In this document: positions 45,001 to 56,100 of the stretch, one piece after another | Layout: the number at the start of each line of letters is the position of its first letter | Position numbering within the stretch: position 1 is the first letter of the stretch | Assembly: GCA_964057225.1 (NCBI GenBank) | Contig: OZ059895.1 | Coordinates: 3,348,001 to 3,412,000, forward strand | Direction: 5' to 3' | Length of the DNA: 64,000 nt | From: Auanema rhodensis | Taxonomy: Eukaryota > Animalia > Nematoda | Position numbers and translations under genes: made by a program | The notes under the pieces: model-generated | The model's database searches: none | What the model was told of the DNA's origin: nothing | What the model saw: the letters and a program-made list of their open reading frames with translations, nothing else

Positions 45001-48000
45001 TCATATGTTGAACACTATGTTGGAAAGATTTTAATTCAGATTTTCTAACTTTTATTCAGTTTGTTTTTTAAACTTTGATTAAGAACTTTGATTTTTGTAC
45101 ACCCATAAATTATACGCAGCACAGGTTACCCTTGAATAATGAACTGACCGACTAATCAGACATGGATCTTTCCTAGTTCTGTTGCTTGAATGGATGTTTT
45201 CCTACGTAGGCTAGTAAAACATGCCCTTCAAAGCATCAGAACATGTGACCACATTCCAATTTTTTTGTATCTATCTTGTAAAGATAGTAATATATCATAT
45301 GTTGAACACTATGTTGGAAAGATTTTAATTCAGATTTTCTAACTTTTATTCAGTTTGTTTTTTAAACTTTGATTAAGAACTTTGATTTTTGTACACCCAT
45401 AAATTATACGCAGCACAGGTTACCCTTGAATAATGAACTGACCGACTAATCAGACATGGATCTTTCCTAGTTCTGTTGCTTGAATGGATGTTTTCCTACG
45501 TAGGCTAGTAAAACATGCCCTTCAAAGCATCAGAACATGTGATCACATTCCAATTTTTTTGTATCTATCTTGTAAAGATAGTAATAAACTTTGATTTTTG
45601 TACACCCATAAATTATACGCAGCACAGGTTACCCTTAAATAATGAACTGACCGACTAATCAGACATGGATCTTTCCAAGTTCTGTTGCTTGAACGGATGT
45701 TTTCCTACGTAGGCTAGTAAAACATGCCCTTCAAAGCATCAGAACATGTGATCACATTCCAATATTTTTGTATCTATCTTGTAAAGATAGTAATATATCA
45801 TATGTTGAACACTATGTTGGAAAGATTTTAATTCAGATTTTTTCAACTTTCACTCAGTTTGTTTTCTAAACTTTGATTAAGAACCTTGAGTTTTGTACAC
45901 CCATAAATTATACGCAGCACAGGTTACCCTTAAATAATGAACTGACCGACTAATCAGACATGGATCTTTCCTAGTTCTGTTGCTTGAATGGATGTTTTCC
46001 TACGTAGGCTAGTAAAACATGCCCTTCAAAGCATCAGAACATGTGATCACATTCCAATATTTTTGTATCTATCTTGTAAAGATAGTAATATATCATATGT
46101 TGAACACTATGTTGGAAAGATTTTAATTCAGATTTTTTCAACTTTCACTCAGTTTGTTTTCTAAACTTTGATTAAGAACCTTGAGTTTTGTACACCCATA
46201 AATTATACGCAGCACAGGTTACCCTTAAATAATGAACTGACCGACTAATCAGACATGGATCTTTCCTAGTTCTGTTGCTTGAATGGATGTTTTCCTACGT
46301 AGGCTAGTAAAACATGCCCTTCAAAGCATCAGAACATGTGATCACATTCCAATTTTTTTGTATCTATCTTGTAAAGATAGTAATTATATCATATGTTGAA
46401 CACTATGTTGGAAAGATTTTAATTCAGATTTTCTAACTTTTATTCAGTTTGTTTTTTAAACTTTGATTAAGAACTTTGATTTTCGTACACCCATAAATTA
46501 TACGCAGCACAGGTTACCCTTAAATAATGAACTGACCGACTAATCAGACATGGATCTTTCCTAGTTCTGTTGCTTGAATGGATGTTTTCCTACGTAGGCT
46601 AGTAAAACATGCCCTTCAAAGCATCAGAACATGTGATCACATTTCAATTTTTTTGTATCTATCTTGTAAAGATAGTAATTATATCATATGTTGAACACTA
46701 TGTTGGAAAGATTTTAATTCAGATTTTCTAACTTTTATTCAGTTTGTTTTTTAAACTTTGATTAAGAACTTTGATTTTCGTACACCCATAAATTATACGC
46801 AGCACAGGTTACCCTTAAATAATGAACTGACCGACTAATCAGACATGGATCTTTCCTAGTTCTGTTGCTTGAATGGATGTTTTCCTACGTAGGCTAGTAA
46901 AACATGCCCTTCAAAGCATCAGAACATGTGATCACATTCCAATATTTTTGTATCTATCTTGTAAAGATAGTAATATATCATATGTTGAACACTATGTTGG
47001 AAAGATTTTAATTCAGATTTTCTAACTTTTATTCAGTTTGTTTTTTAAACTTTGATTAAGAACTTTGATTTTTGTACACCCATAAATTATACGCAGCACA
47101 GGTTACCCTTGAATAATGAACTGACCGACTAATCAGACATGGATCTTTCCTAGTTCTGTTGCTTGAATGGATGTTTTCCTACGTAGGCTAGTAAAACATG
47201 CCCTTCAAAGCATCAGAACATGTGACCACATTCCAATTTTTTTGTATCTATCTTGTAAAGATAGTAATATATCATATGTTGAACACTATGTTGGAAAGAT
47301 TTTAATTCAGATTTTCTAACTTTTATTCAGTTTGTTTTTTAAACTTTGATTAAGAACTTTGATTTTTGTACACCCATAAATTATACGCAGCACAGGTTAC
47401 CCTTGAATAATGAACTGACCGACTAATCAGACATGGATCTTTCCTAGTTCTGTTGCTTGAATGGATGTTTTCCTACGTAGGCTAGTAAAACATGCCCTTC
47501 AAAGCATCAGAACATGTGATCACATTCCAATTTTTTTGTATCTATCTTGTAAAGATAGTAATAAACTTTGATTTTTGTACACCCATAAATTATACGCAGC
47601 ACAGGTTACCCTTAAATAATGAACTGACCGACTAATCAGACATGGATCTTTCCAAGTTCTGTTGCTTGAACGGATGTTTTCCTACGTAGGCTAGTAAAAC
47701 ATGCCCTTCAAAGCATCAGAACATGTGATCACATTTCAATTTTTTTGTATCTATCTTGTAAAGATAGTAATATATCATATGTTGAACACTATGTTGGAAA
47801 GATTTTAATTCAGATTTTTTCAACTTTCACTCAGTTTGTTTTCTAAACTTTGATTAAGAACCTTGTTGTTTGTACACCCATAAAATATACGCAGCACAGG
47901 TTACCCTTAAATAATGAACTGACCGTCTAATCAGACATGGATCTTCCCAAGTTCTGTTGCTTGAATGGATGTTTTCCTACGTAGGCTAGTAAAACATGCC

Positions 48001-48339
48001 CTTCAAAGCATCAGAACAAGTGATCACATTCCAATTTTTTTGAAATCTATCTTGTAAAGATAGTAATAAACTTTGATTTTTGTACACCCATAAATTATAC
48101 GCAGCACAGGTTACCCTTAAATAATGAACTGACCGACTAATCAGACATGGATCTTTCCAAGTTTTGTTGCTTGAATGGATGTTTTCCTACGTAGGCTAGT
48201 AAAACATGCCCTTCAAAGCATCAGAACATGTGACCACATTCCAATTTTTTTGTATCTATCTTGTAAAGATAGTAATATATCATATGTTGAACACTATGTT
48301 GGAAAGATTTTAATTCAGATTTTCTAACTTTTATTCAGT
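1..48339 (+). repeat. Tandem satellite DNA array, 294/295-bp monomer with 209/210-bp and 167-bp deletion variants (roughly 170-180 monomers; begins before the window)
   Basis: The same unit (...GTACACCCATAAATTATACGCAGCACAGGTTACCCTTAAATAATGAACTGACCGACTAATCAGACATGGATC...CCTACGTAGG...) recurs continuously. Measured spacings: 391->686 = 295, 686->980 = 294, 3412->3621 = 209, 4210->4420 = 210, 4420->4881 = 294+167. The array stops mid-monomer at ...TTATTCAGT|48340. Confidence 0.99.
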
Positions 48340-48675
48340 CGTTCCATTCGGATGATCAATACGTAGCAGGCGGGTTAGAGCTAGACGACAAGAGACGAGA
48401 GGAGCTGACACGCCCTTTATATGGAACTCAGACTTTAGTTCTGTCTCATGGAATGACTAAGGATGGCTTGTCATCTCCTCAGAGCTCACCTATAGTTTAT
48501 ATCTCTTTATTTCTTATCGTAACTTATTGTAATCATTATGTAGAATAAACCTTTCTTTTCATGAGTCTTATGTTATCCATTATGCTCTATTAATACCGCT
48601 ACATCTGGAACACTATATCGCACATCTTATAGACTACATTGGTCTATAGGATAGATACGAGAGCATAACGGAACG
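48340..48675 (+). repeat. 5' LTR (336 bp)
   Basis: Direct repeat of 59498-59833 with 5 substitutions. Starts CGTTCC and ends GGAACG (6-bp terminal inverted repeat). TATA-like TTTATAT at 48416-48422 and AATAAA at 48544-48549. Confidence 0.97.
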
Positions 48676-48688
48676 TGGAGGTTCCACC
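48676..48688 (+). promoter_or_regulatory. Primer-binding site, tRNA-Gln
   Basis: TGGAGGTTCCACC directly abuts the 5' LTR and is the reverse complement of the 3' end of eukaryotic tRNA-Gln (...GGUGGAACCU-CCA), 13 nt. Confidence 0.9.
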
Positions 48689-49807
48689 TCGAACGTTTCT
48701 TTTACTATTCTCTTATTTTCTTAAATTTTATTCACTCTTGCAATATTCATTTTCTTTTCAACTTTCTCTTATCCATTGCCATCTTCTCCACGCTAAAACA
48801 CAAAACGGAGGGGCCAACATCGTTATAGGGAACAGATGCAAGGAACTCTCATAATAAGAGAGAAAAATTACACATTTTGGGAAGAATTTATTTTACTTGA
48901 TCCCGTTGTTCACAATTTTGTCATGTCTGAACCTAAGTCACATATCCTTGCTATTAACATCTGATTATACTGTTACCCGACCTCGAAGCCACATGAGGAC
49001 TTTAGGTTGAATTCGTGAACAGATTCACCTAAAGATTTTATATATATTTTGATTATTACCCACACCATTCTCCTTTTAAGGATTGATTTCGGCTTTGAGG
49101 AAAGAATAACTCCAGTTATTTCTTAAATTTTGTGGATGAAAAGCATGCCAATTTGAATTTTAAATAATTTTGCGATAAGGACTATTATATTTTGCGTTTA
49201 AAATCGTTCAGACAACTTTTAGCATTTACCATCCAAAAACATAACAAAACGCTTAAAAATCGTACGGGAAACCTCACAACAAGTGAGAGGATGTTTAATT
49301 TAATAACTTACATTCGCTATAGTCCGAAAAATCCTGCGATATTCTTACAAACTGATCTCCCAATTTAAATTTATTCGTCAGGTCGAGTTGGCTAAAGCAT
49401 ATTAGTTGGATTTTCTCCCCATACTATATGTCACCTTCCTCATACCGTTTTGTTGTTTAGAAACATGAGACTCAATTCCAAATCATCTTATTCTTTTTAT
49501 AATTTCGTATAGTTCTTGTAAATTTTAGTCAGCTATGTAACTTCAATATTATAAAACGAGATCTTTGGTTTGCAAAACGACTACGGTAGATTTCTTAAAA
49601 AAGATCCTTACTTCCCGTTGAACCATGAACGAACGAATTAAGTATGCAATTGGGACTAGTAATTCTTCTTGGATAGAGTGATGGATTACCAAAGTCTAAT
49701 TTTAATGCAACTTTTTGGAATGCCTAAGGGAGTTTGCGACTAAAAATCAAAAAATTCTATAAAAAAGAGAAGGGAATAAGCCCATTGAGACCAGGCAATC
49801 ATCCATA

Positions 49808-50011
49808 ATGCGTGCAAAGAGAAAAGAAAAATGCAAATGCTATACAAATTGGACCCAAAAGACCAAGATAACCAAAGTCCAATTTCAAAGTACGGTAGAA
49901 GGCGGATCTAAAGTTATGGCCAGAACCTTAGATTCATTCCTATCCTTCCGACTTGACCAAACCAGTTGTCAGTCTCAATCTAGCTTTTCCCAACTTACCA
50001 CCAACAACTAA
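49808..50011 (+). other. Short upstream ORF (67 aa) in the same reading frame as the polyprotein
   Basis: ATG at 49808, TAA at 50009-50011. The frame is then open from 50012 to 58771. No recognisable homology. Confidence 0.3.
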
Positions 50012-50101
50012 ACGTACATACCCACCCAATTACGTTCAAATTCCATCATCCCACACGTAATCAGACACTCGAGGTTTTTTCAAACCAAGAGTCCTAACAA
50101 G

Positions 50102-53100
50102 GTGGAGAGAAGGTATAACTCAGCAGTACCTCTCAGTACGCACTCCAACCCGGATCCCCGCGACTCAGCTCCAGTAACCAGAAGCCGAACTCGCGCGCAA
50201 AGTGTCGCCATTATCAACGAAGACACAGCAGAGGAGAAGCCTAACGTGGAAAAATTTTACACGCCCCGTGCAGGTACGTTTTCTCCTTCAGAACGTTCTA
50301 GTGATCCGGACTACATACCATCTGGAGACGACGAGCGACCCTTGGTGATAGACGAACAGACACCGAACACCACTACGAAAGAAAAGGTACGCTCTTCCAA
50401 TATACATAAAAATAAAAATAATAAAAATCTAAATAATTCTGATATCTCTCTCTCTCTCTCAAGTCAAGAACCTACTGGTTCACCTTCAACTACAGGCTTA
50501 CAATCTCTCAAAAACAAAGTCGTTGATTTATTGAATCGCTCACCCAAAGACCCAAACCCAAAATCTAGCCGAGCACAGCGACTTGCTACAATACCCAATA
50601 CATACACGCGCTATACGTTATCTCCAATCACCTCACCGGAGCAAAGAAAACTTTTGAAAAATAACCCACAAACATCAACCCCAATTCTCAATAGTCCAAG
50701 ATTAGACGAATTGACGACACCTAACCAATATAACCAAACAGAGCACATTACTCCTACGTCAGGAAGTTCAAGATCTGCACATACAGTAATAGCTGTTCCG
50801 AAAAAAATGACTGAGCCCGCAACCAATTTACCCGGAGCGGGGAAAACAACAATTGCCCAAGTTTTAACATCACCCTACTGCCCTGTTTATGACGGTAGCC
50901 GCAATTTCCGCGACTTTACCGCTAAATTTAATGTCTTCGCTAATGCACTTGGCCTAGTGATACCTGAAAGGTTGACTCTTCTGCCGTTGCTTCTTAAAAA
51001 TGATGCGGCAGAAGAAGCATACAAACAAACTCCTGAACACCTTAAAACGTCGGGTTCATGGAATGATTTGTTAGCAGCTTTAACATCAAAGCTCTGCCCT
51101 GAATATAATCAGGACCCAGCACTGATCAGCCTTCAAAACACTAGTCAAGGGGATCTTTCGATTGATGCCTTTGCTCAGGCTTTGCGAACAATAAGCCTTA
51201 GTGCTTTTGCCAGTGATGACCCACATAAGGATCACATACTAAGATCAACCTTCCTGAGAGGACTTAAAAATACTCTGAAGGCAGGAGTGATCCGAGCAAG
51301 GCCCAAAACCTTTGCTGAGGCGATTGAGGCTGCTCGCTGGGAAGAATCAATATTGAACCAGACAGCAGACACTCAGGCGATGCTAGTGAATGCAGTTAAC
51401 CAAGCACTAGCTCCCTTTACGCGCAATAAAGAGAGAAGAGATAACAGAACTTTTGACCGAAGTTACCAGCGCGGTAATCAAAATTATCAAAATTATCAAA
51501 ATTATCAAACAAATAAAAACCGTTCAAATTATAACAATTTCCAACAACGTAATAATAATTTTGGAAATAATCGCCGTCCAAATAATTTTGGAAGAAATAA
51601 CGAGCGTCAAAACAGCAATAATGGTACTAATTGGTACCAAAATAATTATAATCCTCGATATAACAATCAAGGAGGAAGAAATGGACAAAGGCGAGTACAA
51701 TTTAAAGAACGAAGAAACCAATCGAGAGGAAGAGATAGGAGCTCTTCAAGAGTTAACTCCATCTCTCTTTCACCACTCTCATTAACTGTTGTAATGGCAT
51801 TAGCAGCAGCAATACTGCTACCTTGTGCGTCAAGCTACCAAGCATGCACAAAAGCAACAGGGGGAGCACTACTCATGCCTCCAACATTAAAGAAATGCAA
51901 ATTAACAGAAGCAAACCACGTGATCCAAACACAAGTCCATCTATACACTCGCAATCACACAGCTCACGAGTGGGACGCGTGGCGCTGCTCGAAGGAAGTG
52001 CACAGGCTGTGTGTACGCGATTTATTATTCCTTCGCGACAGCAACAAAACAATCGATAGGATAGAGCCTATAAGCGTGCAGTCATGCAGGCAGGCAATTC
52101 GCGATCGAAAGTGGAATAATATGGAACTAGAAAGAATCGATAGTATTGCCCAAGCAACCCCTGAACCCTCCTTCGATCCGGCGCGAGCGTTTAGCCGCGA
52201 CGAGTGCGAGGAGCGGTCGCGTTTAGTACTGGAGCGGGGTGTTATGACCCGCATGCCAGACGATACCATCCTTTCAAACTTACTACTAAACACTGAAGGG
52301 TGCAGTGCGCATCATGGTAACTGCAAATCAAAAAATTCAATAATTATTTGGGATCCACAAACTACGGATTCCCGTTGCAATTACATAGATATGCACACAT
52401 ATGAAGCCATCATTAGCGGCGATACTATCCTAATTCCGAGCACACAATCTGCTCTTATCCTTTCGAACAAACCAACCCCAAAACCTATCGCTTCGTGTTT
52501 TAGACAATCAGCATTTCACACAACATCGGGGAACTACATCATACTCCCCAAATTTCCAAATGACAATAACATTACTATCCTCGTAGAAAGAGAGTTTAGA
52601 AAATTGCCGTTTAAAAGACAAAAACGCGCAATCGCTACAGGATGTTCATTCCCTTTAGACCAAGATAGAGTAATGGAAGTTGAAGATTTTGAGACTCATA
52701 CGCTTCACATATGCCCATATGCCTTTTTGAGACCAATTATGAGCAATCCGGGCATTACGCAGATTATCTCTTTAATCAAAGGAAGACGAATGGCAGATCC
52801 CACGTACTCTTTAAAAGAATGGATAACTGCTAATCGCGAGAAATTTGAATTTTTCTTTAAAATCCAAATTTATGATAAATCCTTAAGACATTTTCTTAAA
52901 CAATACGATTTTCGCGATAAAGATGAAGCAATCCTACAATATGTTGCACAAAGAGAACTGGCGTTAGCAACAAAGACAGGAATATCTTATCTAACACCCA
53001 AACAATTACTTCAACAAATATCTGATCGGTTAACTGTTATTGAATTCGATCGCATTCTTCATACCAAAGAAGGCACTTATCGGGAAAGAACTGAAAGTAT

Positions 53101-56100
53101 TGCGCTTGATTTAGCTAATACCCCAGTCATAATCGAAGAAAACCTCACTGTTCCATCTAGACAAGAAGTGTTACAATCTTTTGTGAAATTACCACCGATA
53201 CGACAAAAGATACTAACAAATGAAGAAGCACAAAAGAGCGAATTCATACAAGAAACAATTAATCTTGTAACCGAACTTAAAACTCTCATAAAAATTAGGA
53301 AAAACAAAACAGCAGCAGACATTGATGAGATGAAATTTATTAATCTTCCTGCATCACGAATGTTTGTACAAAATACTGATAAACTGTTCTACGATATCAA
53401 AAATAATTTTGGAATACCAATCGGTCCACACCCTAAGCTCATCAAGCCTAGTAAAATCTCTAAAGATTTATTATTGAAAATTTTCTTGCCACTACTTGCT
53501 GAAAAGAAATTGCCTTATACTTCAAGTAGAATATCACCAGAACACCTAAGGAGACTAATGGCAGAGAAACTCGAGCTTGAATCGCTGCAAACCACGACGC
53601 GTACGCCGAGCGTCGCTGCAGGCGGCGCGGCAGCAACATCAGCCCAACCCATAATCGATCGGAAGACGACCATCGAATCAGATCCCGCAATGCAGCCGCA
53701 TGCAATAACAAGCCCTCAAGCAACCGCAGCGACTACCGCGCGCGCGCCATCGTCGACAGCCGAGCCGAAAATAACAGAGAGCTACACAACCGCAACAACT
53801 ACCGCACGCGCGACAATATCGACTAGCCAGGCGCCAACATCAACAAAGCTCTACGCCACTTATAAAGATCAACAAATTCCAATAATGGACGAAATAACAT
53901 ACTTACCCACGACATTGATTCGAAAACAGAGAGCTTCATCAACACCAACAGCAAAAGAAATACAGTCTGTTCAGGCTCAAGCTCATTACATAGCTTCGAA
54001 AATTGACTCGGAAGAACAGTATCGCCAAAACATTACGAGCAAGATTGCACAAGATCATTTGCAATACGCCACAACAATGATTCAAAGCGAGCTACAGAAA
54101 CATTTCAAAGAGTCATACGAATCAATATGTGAGATCCAAAATAGATATCTAGAGCTATGGCGATCAATTTTACAAATCGAACCAACAATCGCTATGCGTA
54201 CTATCCTTGGAAGAGAAGACATAGCAGCTCGTTTTGTTGGAAGTGAGATATTACACGTACATGTTTGCCCAACAGTTTTCACAAAAACTATTTATCACAA
54301 TCACACGGTAAACAATACATGTTATCTCGAAACGCCAATTTTAACCGAAGAAGGCCAATTACTATTCGCAGCACCAGGATCAAAAGATCTTCTACCCCAC
54401 GGAAAAGAAATCAATTGTGATCACGTACCAACAGACGTATGGTCAGCAGACGGTGAATGGAAAGGAATCAATGGCACTGTAGATGTCAGTCTCATATCCA
54501 TGGGAGATGGACTGCATCACGAAAAGATCACACCATTAAAATTCACTGGAGCACACCTTTACACTAATTTAACATCACGTGTATACTCCATGACCACAGC
54601 CATTGCTTATGGTGCTAGTTTAGCGTCAATCCGTCAAAATCATGTACTTCATACAATTCACAATGATCCTAAAATATCAGCCGCCTATAGTGTTTTAAAG
54701 AAGAGTAGTGACTACATATCTAAAGCACACGAATTCACAAAAAACACTTGGAATTCATTCATTGATACGATGGTAGGGACAATCGAACGAACACTAATTA
54801 CAATTGGTGCAATCACATCTGTTATAATAATTGTGATCATACTAGCATTTATCATCAAGGTCTACTTCCTCAAATCAATTCCGATACCAGTCATGCACAT
54901 TGAACTGAAGGATCGAAATAGTAACCCACCTACATACGAAGAAACCTTAGAGCTAGTTACTCAACCTGATCAACCCATTCCAAGAAACATAATGAAGCAA
55001 TACTACCCATCAATACTGACGTATATACCAATTGCAATACCATTGGTTTGTTCAATTTCAAAAAGGAAAGATCAATCTTTACCACTATTATGGATGACTG
55101 TTAATGACAGATTAGTCCTCACCTTATGGGATTCAGGATCATCTATCAGTTATATCAGAGTATCAACACTACATTACTTGACTTTAAACGACTTTGTAAA
55201 GAACAATAAATCAAGTGCTACAACAGCAAACGGATCAGAATTTCGATTCATCGGTACAATAGATCTAACCGTCGAAATTGCCGGATATGAAATCGATCAT
55301 ACATTCTATATATCCAACGATGAAGACTGCCCTTCACCAGCATTAATTGGATTAGATTTCATGAAGACACTTGACAGTCAAAACATTGGCATGAAACTTA
55401 GACCATACAAAAGGACACTAGAAATTGGAAACCGCGTAGTACGGTTAGCTAATGGAATTGACGGAAGACTCAGCAAAACATCAACAACTGTCAATCTGAT
55501 TAACTTAAAACAGCGAGATATGCTTCCAAACGAAACTTGTACACTACAAGTTCAATTAGAAAAACCCATCAGAGACGATTCTTTCGCGATGCTCTCGATA
55601 GATAATAACAAAATGCTAACACCCAAATACCATACAGCATTTCGCGATGTTAATTCCATTGATATCACGTTCAAAAACAACTCCAACAAATTTATTGAAT
55701 TACCATCAGGACACGTAATTACTAAAGCTGAGATAGGAATCATGCCTGACTATGAAATCTTCACAACTGATCAAAAACAAGACTATATTCCACCTGAAGC
55801 TGATTGGGAAAGTAAATTACCTACTTTTCCAACTGATTTTATGAAAGAACTTGATCTAAAAGATGCCGATCTTACACAAAATCTTAAAGATCATTTACGT
55901 TCTATAATTCGCAGACGAAAAAAGGCTTTCCTCAATGAAGACAAAAATATAGGACTGTTCAAAGGCCCTGTAGAACACAGCATACCATTAAGAACTGACA
56001 TGGATATGCCTAAACCTAGGATCACTCGTATACCCTTAGGAAAACAAGAGGAAATTGAAAGACAAGTACAGGAAATGCTTCAACAAGGAATAATCGAACC

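Noticed and set aside
1-48339. CRISPR array, rDNA/5S or other tandem RNA gene array interpretation
   Set aside because: No unique spacers or cas genes, and no recognisable rRNA, tRNA, snRNA or spliced-leader sequence. The whole unit repeats with internal deletions, as satellites do.
50444-50460. (TC)n microsatellite in the ORF, and A/TA run near 58922-58941
   Set aside because: Short simple repeats. The first keeps frame (ISLSLS), and there is no evidence of function.
50831-50851. PGAGKTT resembling a Walker A motif at the start of Gag
   Set aside because: Lacks the first Gly of GxxxxGKT and the preceding beta-strand (context is TNLPGAGKTT). No Walker B or NTPase domain follows; the downstream sequence is capsid-like.
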